Shown here piece after piece: positions 51,661 to 64,000 of a stretch of DNA of 64,000 nt. A program made the translations under genes and the position numbers. The notes beneath the pieces are model-generated. The model was not told the origin of the DNA. It did no database searches and saw only the letters and a program-made list of their open reading frames with translations. Within the stretch, counting starts at the first letter, position 1; every line of letters begins with the position of its first letter. Origin of the DNA: Eledone cirrhosa (lineage: Eukaryota); contig OZ024753.1 of NCBI GenBank assembly GCA_964016885.1, forward strand, positions 33,604,001 through 33,668,000, in the 5' to 3' direction.

Positions 51661-51960
51661 CACACATAATCATAGGAAGAAGGTAGACAGTCATTACCTT
51701 CCTATAAAGTTTTAATGAACATATTTCTGTCATTGATGATAGATAACTTAATTTATGATGTATGAAACATATCCTAAAATAATATAATAATATGGTTGCC
51801 TACATGAAGTCATTTATCATCATGCAATTGGAAACCACCTGTTTTACATAAGACACGCCAGCAGAACACAGCACTAATGATGTGTGTGCATGACTGTCAC
51901 CATGTGAGAGTTTTTATATATATGTATGTGGTTTATATAAATGAGTATGTGTATAAATAT

Positions 51961-51993
<33 letters not shown>

Positions 51994-53732
51994 GGTTTGC
52001 ATATCAATAAATAATATGCCCTCTGAAACGACTGTGAAACAGATTAATTGACTACTAACTCTTACACCTTGTCTTTCATTGTTCAAGATCATATATGAAA
52101 AAATATATATATCATATACACATATAATTGCATTATATACATACACATACACTGATAATAGACATATACACCCAGACATTCGCTCATACACATAAATATA
52201 TATAAATTTAAAAAACAAACATGGCGTATTATTATGGTTGATTTCCTTTTACATCATCTGTCTAGCAGGATCATGTTCTAGTTGATTCTTCAGAATAATC
52301 AAGTTAGTATTTGTCTGATTACTAAAATTTAATCAGAGCTACTGTCGTAATTTAAAATTAGTTAACTAAATGACAGAAAATATTTTGCAGCTGTTAACCT
52401 TTTTCCAGTATAATCACAAGGAGAATTTAAGTTATCTTTTGTAGATTTCTCCATTTTGTTTTTAGTAACAAAGACAGAAATGAAGGTTTATATCCCTAAC
52501 CATTTTTAGGGTCCTTCTTTGACAGGAGACCTATAGTGAATGCTTGCCATTGAGTGGACTCCACTAACGGCTCCCCACGTTCAAGTAGAGGTATATAACT
52601 GAGCAACTTACTAAGCCCATCCTCTAAGAAGAGGAACTCTCATTCAATTTCTGTCTACCAAAGTTTATCAAGAATCTATGGTAAAAGAGACTTGCTCAAG
52701 ATACTGGATAATATGATCAAGAACATGCACCTTAATTGAACAACCACGGTGACAATGGAACACAACAGAATGGCAGTTAACCATGATATAGTCTGTAACT
52801 TGTTCTTGAACCTGTAGCATAAATCATATGTACTGATTACTAAAATACTTTGCAATTTTAAATTTCATATTTAATCTGGATTTATTACCAGTTTTTGGGG
52901 GCATACATTTTACTTCCAACTTGAGCCTATTGCCATCTTTGTACAAGCATGATAGTCATTGTCACAGAACGTTTATCAAATTTCTTTTGAACGATACATG
53001 CAAGTAGTGAAGAGACAAGCTTAATATATCAAATGAAAACCGTCTAAGACAGTAATTTAGTAAAATTTAATATGATTTCAATAAAAGTAATTTTGTAATG
53101 TAATTGTGATAAAATTGATACGATATTTAGTTGTCATAAAATCAAGATAAATATGTATATTTAGATGTAATTTGTAATCAGATATAATTGTTTGCTGTAT
53201 CTTGTCTTGGTTGTGTATGTAATATGCTAGAATCACGATAGAACATCAAACCCATCCAACTATCACACCCCACTACATAAATCTCTCTCTCTCGACATTT
53301 CGGGTGAACAAAGAAGACTGCACACAGTCTTTAACAGGCTGGAAATAGCAGTGAACTATAAAACCTTCCTCTATTAAAAGAGGAGACGATACTTTAATAA
53401 TTGATAACATTGAAATAAAAAACAAAAAAAAAACAAAGGACATGCAGCGAGTAGACTTAACTATAAGAAAATTCAACACAAGAAGCTTAACTTAGTGACT
53501 TTTTATTTAATGACCCACAACAAAAACGATTGGGTTCCAGTGAGTCTCCCTCGCCATTCTCCAGTGCAATGTCTTCTCCATCATGACCACTGAGACTATG
53601 GAGCAGACAGTCCCATGAGTTTCATTTATGGCAGTGGTATGTAGAATAAAGTTCTCTCATGTAATCCTAGATACACAGAAAGGTCTAAGAAAATAGTTTA
53701 TTATATGTATTCCTGCTTTCACATATAATACG

Positions 53733-53858
53733 GGCTAAAAGACGACACATAATAGGTGCTAAAAGACGACACATAATAGGCGCTAAAAGACGACACATAA
53801 GGGCTAAAAGACGACATGTAATAGGGGCTAGAAGACAACATATAATAGGAGCTAAAGA
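53733..53858. repeat. ~24-bp tandem repeat (gctaaaagacgacacataatagg) x5
   Basis: Direct reading. Confidence 0.85.
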
Positions 53859-54437
53859 CTTTTTCCACAGACTTTGCAACATACATAGAAAGCATAGCAA
53901 TACTATGCTTTGGGTCGTAGACAATTGGTCATTCGGTGTAATACCACCACTTAACTTTATCATCCAGTCTATAGCAAGTATTCAGGTCAAGTCTACTACC
54001 CTACCTCCATCTATCCCAACACTCCTGAAAAATATTATTGACTAAGTAGTTTAAAAATATGATAATCTGAGTTTTTGTTATTAGTGAATATGATATTTTC
54101 TGAAAGTTTCTTAATTTTTAACTGAAGTGCTTCGGTGTATCAAAAAACTTTGGTTTTATAAAAAAACTATAGTCAAAACTTGTTCGAGATACTGGATAAT
54201 ATGATTGGCAACATGTACCTTAATTACTCAACCATGATGACAATGGAACACAGTACAATGGCACACTGTCAAATTTTCTCAGTATTCTTCAAAAAGCTCT
54301 ATATTCATTGAGCACCTAATAAACCTCAATTTAATGTCATTAGGGTTTCTTTAATCGAGTTAACACATGAAAAGGCATTTACATGTAAAGCATTTGCAAA
54401 ATCCATATAAATACATTAAAGTATAATAGTTAAAGAG

Positions 54438-54922
54438 CAGTGCTTCTCAAACTATGTGGCGGACCGGCATTTTTTTTTTTTTCAATGTGCCACATACCGT
54501 TAATATTTCGTAGTAATATTAATTTATACCGGAAACGATATATATAATGAATATAATTGTTTCTACTTTTGGCACAAGGCCAGCAATTATCCCAGTGTAT
54601 TACTGGTACTTTATTTTATCGACCCCCGTAAGGATGAAAGGCAAAGTTAACCTCAGCAGGATTTGAACTCAGACCATAAAGGCAAAGCATGGCGTCCGAC
54701 CCTCTACAGATACTGCCAATCCACATTATATGAATATAATAATAGTTGACCCTTTTTTTTATCTTCTATTTATTTTGTAAACAAATAATACAATAGCAAA
54801 ACAAAAAAAAGTAATAAAAAAAATTCCTCAAATGATTCCATAGCATGGCCTGGACACTGGCCGCGTACCGGTAGCTGATGGCTCACATACCGGTCCATGG
54901 ACCACCACTTTGAGTAGCACTG
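54438..54922. mobile_element. hAT (Charlie-like) MITE containing a nested SINE A (54555-54725, -)
   Basis: TIRs cagtgcttctcaaa / tttgagtagcactg; degenerate 8-bp flanks ttaaagag / tgctagag; SINE TSD atgaatataat. Confidence 0.7.
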
Positions 54923-55490
54923 TGCTAGAGAATCATCAAAAGTATTTAATTTAACTAATGTATTCATTTTGATGTTTCTAATCACAATGTTTTGGTCATT
55001 GTAGCTTCCAGCATTCTTCAGATGCCTGTTGCATTTGATACTGTTCTCAGAATTTAGAATTAAATATCTTATCTAAATCATGAGGATAAATTATTCTAAT
55101 TCTGCTTTCTATACCCAGGATATTTTCGTATTAATTAGTCAGTCACTTGAAAGTGCACTTGCTTGTTCCAATTGAACATCAGTATGTATACAATGCGTCG
55201 AATTGGTAGAATCATTAAAGCATCAGATGGAATTCAAATCAGTGAATTCAAATCAGGCTTAGGAAACTGTTTTTAGATTGATAAATAAAGTATTTCAACA
55301 ATTAAATTTACATTCGCCTCCTTCACAATCTCTTCCTTCTCTCTCTCTTTCTTACTCTGCAAGAAACTGGCTGTCCAAATGTTTCTGGATCACAGACGAT
55401 AATATATGTCTGGATCGTTCATCAGACAGATATGTTTCTAACTAATTATATAGAGCACTCTTTTTTCCTTTGCTTTCCTTTGGAATTACA

Positions 55491-55525
<35 letters not shown>

Positions 55526-56598
55526 TCATTCAGACAACAAAAACATGATAAAGAAATAGAGCATTTTAGATGTAAAACATCATAAATTCAATTTCACGAG
55601 CATAGGGAAGGTTTTGTGATAAATTATAACATTCCACAAATATATTTTTTCCTGTCTTTAATAGAAGACCTTGCTACTTTCTACTGCAGTAAGTAATTTC
55701 CTTGAAATCTATCCAAGTGTCAGTTTGATTTGATTTCTGCTGAAAATGTTTAGATCAAAATATATTTGTGCTACTAAAAAAAAAATAAAATAAAATAAAA
55801 TCCCTTAAATTAATTAGAAATATTTTTAAAGCTTGAATGGAAACCGTACACAAGGCACATCTAAATGGAATTGGTTTCTAAAATATTAAGAGAAAATAGC
55901 AGCAGTGGATAGCCAGTAATTTTGTTTACACCATTAGTTGTTTTATTTTAATTTTATTTACAATGAAAGTACACCTGTTTTACCCAAATGGAATCTTAAA
56001 ATAATTTTTACACAGTAAAACTTTTGTGCAGTAATGAATTTTTGTTTGTGTTTTTCTATCTAAGTAAAATTTCTATAGACGAGCTAGAATAAGTAGCCTA
56101 TTTTTTGTGGGTATTGTTTTACATATAATTTGTTGGTGATAGCATATTGCTTCAGTTTAAAATAGTTAATACAGGACATTACATTTAAGGATGGAATTAT
56201 TAGTTAAACTAAAATACATTTGTGGAAAACTCAATGCTGTTAGTGTAGTAAAATTAATAAAAAGATGGCAGATTTGCAGAGCTGTTAGGATGTCAAATAG
56301 AATCCTAGCTGATGGATCAAATAGTAAGCTACATGTTGTGTGTAGCATCATTATACTAGCACAAATGGGAAACTGGCAGAATTGTTAGAAAATTCGATTA
56401 AGTGCCTGAGAATATTTTTTTTTATTTTCTGTGCTCTGGAGGTCAAACATCGCCAAGGTCAATCTTGCATTTCATCCTTTCAGGATTGGTTAGAAATTAT
56501 CAATTCTTGGGTATCAGTTTGGTAGAATTGCTGAAGTTTCAAATGGGATGCTTTGCTGGTGTCTATCACTGGAGATGTAATGAGTAGATCATACCAAC

Positions 56599-56915
56599 AA
56601 TCTATCTATCTAAGGCGGGTAAAATTCCCGAGATCCATGGACGAGTTCTCTCCAGCGGTCTCTGTCCCTCATTATCGCTGCCATATCCTGCATCTCCAAC
56701 AGACCAGTGTCTGTCCTTAGGGCATCAACATATGTTAACCTTGGTCTTCCTCTTCTAGTGTGTCCATGTAGGGGCTCCCAAAGGAGCACTGAGTGCAATG
56801 TCAACTCTGGATGTCGGTGAGCATGTCCAGCCAACCTCAGTCTCCTCTGTGTCACTTTTGAGCTGACTTTTGGGATGCTCCCATACAGCTCTGAGTTTTT
56901 CATCCTCAGTGTATA
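56599..56915 (-). pseudogene. RTE-group LINE 3' fragment with (GATA)n tail
   Basis: Near-identical to 4438-4755. Confidence 0.8.
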
Positions 56916-57199
56916 CCAACAATGGAAAGACCAAATGGAAAGTTTCCTTGGTCCAATCCGATGATCAGCTTCTTGCCTTTTCATTTTCACTATTCTATGG
57001 ATTGCAATTCTAAATGAATGTGCAAATTATGTATATTATTTTCTCAGTCACTAATCTAATTATGGCTCTCCCAAATAGCCAGGTAGCTGGTGCTCTACTT
57101 GGTTTTACATTCTAAATCCAAAGAGTTGTTAAATTTTCACCACTTCTCAAGGTCAGTTGTTTATATTCTATCATAGTTTTTCAGAGCATGTAGTATTAA

Positions 57200-57620
57200 T
57201 TAGGTCCCTGTTCCAATAACTACATCAGATCTCTACTCCAAACCGCAATTATGCGAATATGAAAATCCTATATTTTTGCCCGGTCATTTTCCAGATTCCT
57301 TTGAACACTATATCCAAACCAATTCACAAGTGCTTGAGATCCATACTTCTTGCATAGAGACCAATTAAATCGAAGAATATGTTACCATGGAGATACTTGT
57401 TGTCCTCTTGGCTTCGTGTTTAACAATCGGAATCTATGCATTGTATTTCCTATATTCTCACTTTAAAGTAAACACTTGTTGCAAATCTCAGCTGGTCAAT
57501 ATGTCTTCTAACATAAATTACATCGAGTGGCTGATCTTTTGCACCAACTTACAAGTTTTCTATCTCCTCTTTAAAGTTCCTTATGGAACTCATTTAAGGG
57601 TCTTCCATCCTAAGAATGTT
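57200..57620 (-). pseudogene. Decayed restriction-like-endonuclease non-LTR retrotransposon remnant (R4/Dong/NeSL-like)
   Basis: Frameshifted pieces AKDQPL..YVRRHID, WSLCKKYG and LENDRAKI*DFHIR resemble AQDQAL / HWxLCKxYG / LENxxxKIxWDF. Confidence 0.45.
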
Positions 57621-58444
57621 TGTATTTCATACTATTTGTGAAATGCGATTTCCTTTTATCAGCTTTTGCTCTCTTTTAACTACCTTTTCTCTGTTATAAT
57701 CACATTCCTTATACGGAAGTTAGTAGCAGGTAATAAATGTCAAATTAACAATTCTTTGCTATTTATAAGACAAAATATATTCGTTTGATTGCTGCACAAA
57801 ATTTTCTACAGAATATTCTTGCCTTTACAAACATTCACCAGTTTAGATTGAGGATGAAACCAACTACATTTTAAAATAATATTTAATATAAACCTATTCA
57901 AAGCATACTTTATATCACACTGCATCAATTTATTTTAAATGCTGTATTATACATCTGTGTGTATCCAGTTTAGAATTGGTACACCAGACAATGTGTCAAA
58001 CACACCTAATGGTTGGCAGCAGGAAGAGCACTATGATAAGTATAAAGCTTATCATGGGGCCTCCAGGGGAACATATTGTCTAAATGGTGTATGTTCTTTG
58101 TTAGAATTAGCTATTTACAAGCAATGTAACTTATACAGTGATGTTTTTATGCTTTCCAATTCAGAATTGGTTCTACTTTTTCCTTCAATATATTTAAAAA
58201 CTTTTTCTTTCTGTAATTCTAAAATACATCAATATATAATTATTTGAATACACCATTAAATTAAGCGTTTATACAGACGAATAAACTGTCTTCTTCTGAA
58301 GGTAGACTTGTTTGGCTTTTTTTTCTTAATGAAGCACCTATTAGGATTGCTCACCAGGTCCAATTTGATGAGGAGATAGAGACTAGCTAATGGCAAGTCA
58401 TGAAACAAAACGGCTAGAGTTTGCAAATAAATTGGTATATAAAA

Positions 58445-58908
58445 AAAAATAATAATAATGAAATTATTGTGTACAGTGCTCAGGTGCACTACAACTCATC
58501 AAAGGTGCATGTATAGTACATAGAATAATGTACAAATGTCAGGAAAATGAACAGTGTATGAGTCATGATATAATAATAATAATAATGAAATATTGTATAC
58601 AGTGCCCAGGTGCACCACAACTCATCAAAAAAGTGCATGTACAGTACATAGGGCAATGCACAAACATCAGTAAAATGAACAGTGCACGAGTCATGATACA
58701 CACGTGTGCATGTGTATGGAAGGGATACATCAGGTGTAGTTTTGGCGTATTTCGGGAAGCATGAGTGTCTTAAAGGATGCAGTGTCTCGGCAGCTAACAA
58801 CTGACGCAGGCAGTTTGTTCCATGCTTTAGCAACTCTGAGCGTGAAAAAATGTCTATGAAAGTCATGGGAGCTGTGCTGTTTTCTGATTTTGTAGGCATG
58901 TCCACATA
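58445..58908 (-). mobile_element. CR1-type LINE 3' end with duplicated tail
   Basis: GHAYKIRKQHSSHDFHRHFFTLRVAKAWNKLPASVVSCRDTASFK = CR1 ORF2 C-terminal motif; tail gtgcacctg.gcactgt...(att)n occurs twice. Confidence 0.85.
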
Positions 58909-60243
58909 TATTTGAGAGTCAGCAGCCTCACGTTGATACTATTCATTTCAAAACAAAATCTAATAGATTCTAAAAAAATGTTTCTACCATTATTAAATTA
59001 TTATATCATACCAGAGCTTTAATGTCATTCGAATATCGGCGCTCTCTCATAAGCTTTTTTTGGAATCAGCTTGCATTTTATCTCCCTCGAATCGACCCCT
59101 ATTAACATTTATCTATAAAAAAAACGAGTCCCACAAGGTGGACTAAATCATTCAGTGCTTGTCTTTCGCTATATCCCGAGAAAACACATTGTTAGCTGAG
59201 ACTACAAAGTATTTGCATGATTCACAAAATAAAAAATTTAAGTAAAAAGGTTCTAAGTGAAGCAGAGAAAATTAATTAAATAGATAATTATTATAGGGTA
59301 GGCAATGCTTAATTTGCTTCTAAGGAATATACACCACTGAAACAGCTTTATGATCCAAAGGAAGCTTCTTAGATATGCTCCCAGTGATGGCTAACCTGTT
59401 TGTGTTCAGCTTTATGATTGCTTATTTAAGAAGCAGCCAACTGAATATATCACCTTGGTGTACAAAATGGGTTTTAGAAAAATACCAATATTTATTCAAC
59501 AAGATTAACCAAATTTATCAGTGTAATGTGCTTTAACTGGAAAGTAAAAAGAAAAATGCTAATAACAGCATTTGAAGCAGAGAAGCCTTAAATTAAGTAC
59601 TCAAGCCTACATACTGATATGGCTTTCTTTGAAATGCATTATCGCAGAAGAAGCATTCCTCAAGGTTTTCAAAATTAATGAACATTATTCATTGATAAAA
59701 ATAATATATTTTGTTATTAGACAAAACTAATTCAAAGACAAAATACATTGGAATTTTTCCCATCTAACGTTGTGCCGTAAGGCAAAAAGGAGAGAGCAAG
59801 GAAGATAGAAACAGTATGAGACTTGATTGTCGGCTTTATCACAGTTGTGCTTTGCTAAATATCCAGGAGTACTAGGTTAAAGGAGCACGTGTCTGTGGAA
59901 TGATCAGCCATTTGCACATTATGGAAAACATGTCATTGGAATCGACAGAAGTCCAACAACAGTTGAGTTAGCAACAGCTCCTCTGAACTTCCTGCCCAAT
60001 TTCATCACTCACTTCCGTCTCTGAACAATAGTACATTCACACAGATCCAGCTGGGTTTAGCTATCATCCTCAACAGGGATTTGAATTAATCATTTGCTGC
60101 TCAACATTATGTTACATACAGGCATGGCTGTATGGTTAAAAGGTTCGCTTCCTAACCATGTGGTTTCCGATTCAACTATAGTTTCGGGTTGATCAATACC
60201 TTTTGAGAGAAAGTTGATAGAGAATCTCCACCATGTATGTATG

Positions 60244-60272
<29 letters not shown>

Positions 60273-60274
<2 letters not shown>

Positions 60275-60882
60275 TATGTCAGGTCACCAGTTGGTGCTAC
60301 TGGTAACATGTATCCCAGTACAACCTGTCTCATGGTCGGGTCGTTGGCGACTAAACTGGCAACCCCACCAAGGTTTCTTGGTGAGGAGGGTGACTTTGGA
60401 CATCCTGCAGGACTAAAAACAAAACCTGTCAAAGGGCAAAGGAGCTCTTAATAGTCAATGGCCATCCAAAATCACCGGCAGAGATGACCCCTTAGCCTTT
60501 GTCAAGGCAGAATTCTAGGAGAAGGAAAACTTTGATATAACACCTGCAACCCTGATGGTATCCAATGATGTTAACTTATTCTTCTTTTTGGTAAATATCA
60601 TCTTGGTTAAGAGAGTGGGACTGGCTTTGTGCAGTGCCTTTGCTCACTATAAAAGCTTCACGGCACAGGCATTGCTTTATATCTGGAGATCTCTCTGCAC
60701 TTGTCACATGGTACCATGGGCCCAGCACTATGTGTCAATAATTGTCACAAGTGTAGTGTTTGTACCAGAGTTTTCAAGTCGCTGGCTGGACTAAAAAGTC
60801 ACACTAATTCAGCGCATCGGTAGGGGTTCTCCTACATGGATATAAAGTAGTGACCGTACTCGAAAACGAGTTGGCAGCCACC
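60273..60882 (+). mobile_element. Bipartite non-autonomous RTE-derived element
   Basis: RTE 5'-UTR-like ctaggagaaggaaaact (60515) joined to terminal C2H2 codons CSVCTRVFKSLAGLKSHTNSAH (60752-60817); TA-repeat flanks. Confidence 0.75.
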
Positions 60883-60899
60883 ATATATATATACGTGTG

Positions 60900-61028
60900 T
60901 GGGGGTATGTGTATATATATGTGTGCGTGTATGTGAGTATGTGTGTGAGTATGTGTGTGAGTATGTGTGTGAGTATGTGTGTGAGTATGTGTGTGAGTAT
61001 GTGTGTGAGTATGTGTGTATGTGTGTAT
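60900..61028. repeat. 12-bp repeat (gagtatgtgtgt)n
   Basis: Direct reading. Confidence 0.9.
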
Positions 61029-62167
61029 AGAGAAAAAGAGAGAATCCCAATGGCAAAGCTCATCGTTAGGATTTTACCGCCACTATATCCACTCTGCATC
61101 TCACCATGCATCGAGTACTACCCTGTCTGTGGTTTTCACAGTCCTCACACCATAGACACTCTGTATATAGAGTTCACATTTTCTACTTAATTCCTAATCA
61201 TAATATTCATTCTATTTAAATATCAACATGTAACATAAAATTACACTTAACAAAACAACGCTAAAATTTACTATATTAGAATGTTGAGCATGTTTTATTA
61301 GCCAATCAATTTCGCTGATTTATACTTGTATGTCTATAGAGAAAACCTGATTAGAATTGATGGCATATCACTGTGAAGAGTAAACAAGGTGTGATGGAGG
61401 GGGTAGGTATGTGGGTAGAGGCGTATTTCAAGGTAGATAAAAGTAATGCAAGATTAGCATGATAGAGATTTTCACCCACTCACCTACTCTCGCTTCCTCT
61501 ATTTGTACTGATTTTTATTCTGTGATCGTTCAATTACAACTGCTAGATATACATGTTTGCAATAGAAATTGGAAAATTGGAAAATACCAAATTCAAAAGC
61601 TAAGAATGTTCCACAGTGAAAAAGGGATTCTTCTTCTAAACATGGATAAGGTACGTATTTTTCACAGACGTTACATTCTTAATGTAAGAAATCTGAATAA
61701 ATGATGACGGTGGTGGTGGTGTTATTGATGATGAAGTGGAAGAAATCATTGACTAACGGTAGTGGTGGTGGTGATGGTGGTGGCGGTGATAGCGGTGGTG
61801 GTGACAGCGATGGTGGCAGCGGTGGTGGCAGTGATGATGAAGTGGAGGAAATCATTGACTAAAGGTAGTGATGGTGGAGGTGGTGGTTGTAGTTTTGATA
61901 GTGGTGTTAGTGCAAATGATCATTGTTGATGTATTGAGGGGAGGAATTCATTAAAGTTATGTTGTTGGAGGAGACACTGGTGGGGTGATGTGGATAGAGG
62001 GTTGGAGGAATGCATTACATTAATTTAGTGATGATGGCAGTGGTGTTGGCTGCGTGTTTGGAGGGTCGCAATTCATTGATTGAGTATTGAGGTAATGGTA
62101 GTGGTGGAGATGTGACTAGAAGAGATGAATTCATTGAATAATTATTGGGTTGAATGTGATTTCACCC

Positions 62168-62280
62168 GAATGAAACAGTTCTAGTCCTGTTGAAGCCATT
62201 TCTATATTAAATATTTATACTCTGCTATGTATTGAGCACCTTACTGTGGTTACCCCCGATTGAACCCAGGATAAACATAT
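62168..62280 (+). mobile_element. Truncated Penelope-like 3' end (family of 8951-9090)
   Basis: gaatgaaacagttctagtcctgt...tactctgctatgtattgagcacc...aaccc followed by (TA)n. Confidence 0.7.
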
Positions 62281-62493
62281 ATATATATATATCATCATCA
62301 TCATCACGGACGTAAAACTGATGATGATGATGATATATATAATTTTGAGCATGTGTTGGTTGTTTACCAACACTTCAGTATGCAGGTTGGAGCACTCAAC
62401 GAAGTGCGCAGGCTGGTCTGTTTACTCCGGAGTAATGTAAAAACAAGAAGTGTAAGTTAACAGAGTAAAATTAGCTTCATTTATTCATATTCC

Positions 62494-62550
62494 CTGCTAT
62501 ATATATTTCAGTGATAGCCATTATTCAACAGCTATGACCTCATCAGGCAG
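62494..62550 (-). ncRNA. Minimal type-I hammerhead ribozyme motif in a Penelope-like 3' end (about 62340-62570)
   Basis: Reverse complement: ctgc CTGATGA ggt-c-atagctgtt gaat aatggctat-c-act GAAA t ATAT a TA gcag. Confidence 0.8.
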
Positions 62551-63676
62551 TAAGAATTTGAACACAAAAAAACAAGAAACAAAGTAATAGATTTTACCTT
62601 GTTAATCCATTGATATGTTCAGATCCAGAGTGTGGTGTTAGTCCTCTAAGGAACTGAAAGCATATGTTTTAGAATGAATGAATTTCAGCACCCAAAGGAC
62701 ATGACCTCACCCCGTTGGTCAGATATATTAGCTCCCCAGCTGAAAGTCTATTGAAATTCTTCCATCAGTTCTCCTAGAAACATGTCAACCTTTTACAGTT
62801 GCTTTTAATTACATATATATTCTGTTCATAAGACCTACTTTCCTGTAGTGGTAGTGGTGTGAGCAGGTCATTTAGCTGGTCAATTACAATCCCCCTGTTG
62901 TGGTGGTATTCAGGTTGTTGAGGAAGAATTAATGTAGGTAAACTGATATGGGTTCCTCTAGTGGTGTTAATGCTTCTCCATATCGTTAGGTCTTATAAGT
63001 GGGAGATGCTATAAATGTGTGTGTTAAAACAAATACATGTTAAAACAAATACTTGTTAAGAATTATAATCTGTATTTTAAACATTTAGTACACACCCGCA
63101 AATGTCCATCGGTGTACACCCATATAAAAATAAACATAAGTGCACCCATATCTACATCCACACATTGACATACATCCGTAGACATATATACACACACACA
63201 CACACACATAAGTACATACACGCAGTTATGTGGATACGCATACATGAACACAAACTCATATGTCCCCTCAGAGGGTGAGGAGAGAAGTAATAGGTGTGTC
63301 TTATTTACTTGTAATAGTTAGTACTGACTCTTGCGTGTCAAAGGGGTCAGGTTTGAGGTAGCATATCCTTCGGAGAATTGGATCACAGGCCGAGGTTGGG
63401 TGGTGAGGCCCGGTGGTCGGAAACGTGGGGTGCCTGGTTGCACACAGGGTAGGACTCTGCCGACGTATATCAGTTCGTTAATTAGCTAGTGTCTGCTAAC
63501 TTGGGTTCGAGTTAAGGAAGTGAGAAAGAAGGGTGGACCACAGCAGTGTTAGGCACGGTGCTAGCTACTAGATAAGTATGGTTCAGTGGTGTTAGAAGTG
63601 CTATTCGAGACGGGATGGGAGGGGGGAAAGGTAGGGGGTGAGGTTGGTGCCTTGGGGGCTCAGTGAGATGGGGCTG

Positions 63677-63960
63677 CTATCCACATAGCTTGAGGAAAGT
63701 TCCCATCCTATGGTGTCTACAGGTACCAAAGAAATCGGTGCTAAGGTTGATTAGATTACTCCCACCACTGAGTATCTCCAGTGTCTCATCCAGACAGAGG
63801 TTGAAGATGCCAGATCCCCCTCTGACTGGAGGTACCTCCTTAATCTTGGACCAGACCAAAGAGTATGGGGTCTTGTCCAACTTGAGCTTCCAGATCAGTT
63901 CAGAAAGAGCCATACTTTTTCCTTTTTTCTATTCTCATTGTATAGGTTGGAGTGGTCAAT
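63677..63960 (-). pseudogene. Penelope-like GIY-YIG endonuclease C-terminal remnant
   Basis: ALSELIWKLK..YSLVWSKI..FNLCLDETLEI..LINLSTDFFGTCRH matches LSxxIWxLK..CxLCLxE..LN..CRH; GC-rich putative 3' region at about 63300-63676. Confidence 0.75.
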
Positions 63961-64000
63961 CCTTAAGACTAGTACAGGGTCCCTAGGTTGGTTGGAGTTC

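Noticed and set aside
60278-60362. HDV-like ribozyme at the 5' end of the bipartite RTE element
   Set aside because: P4-like hairpin, CTAA and ccagt/actgg pairing exist, but I could not build P1/P3/L3 in the required order; needs a descriptor search

Overview
AT-rich, repeat-saturated eukaryotic non-coding DNA (intron or intergenic). The repeat landscape resembles a cephalopod (Octopus-like) genome, which is an inference only. No host protein-coding exon can be supported, and almost all ORFs in the track are microsatellite artefacts. Real coding remnants are all from transposons: 5'-truncated RTE-clade LINEs (28841-30582 +, 43801-45024 -, many 3' fragments), an APE endonuclease fragment, a CR1 3' end, a mariner transposase remnant, a probable restriction-like-endonuclease LINE remnant and a Penelope GIY-YIG C-terminus. 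There are also two tRNA-derived SINE groups, piggyBac-like and hAT-like MITEs and a 2.3-kb 23-bp minisatellite. Most notable: (1) at least four sequence families of short (TA)n-inserted Penelope-like 3' ends carry type-I hammerhead ribozyme motifs, two as fold-back palindromes and one with a repeated non-canonical CAGAAGA core; (2) a C4HC3 PHD finger sits inside the reverse transcriptase domain of two diverged RTE subfamilies; (3) SINE and non-autonomous partners of these LINEs are present; (4) a minisatellite has amplified from within a SINE.
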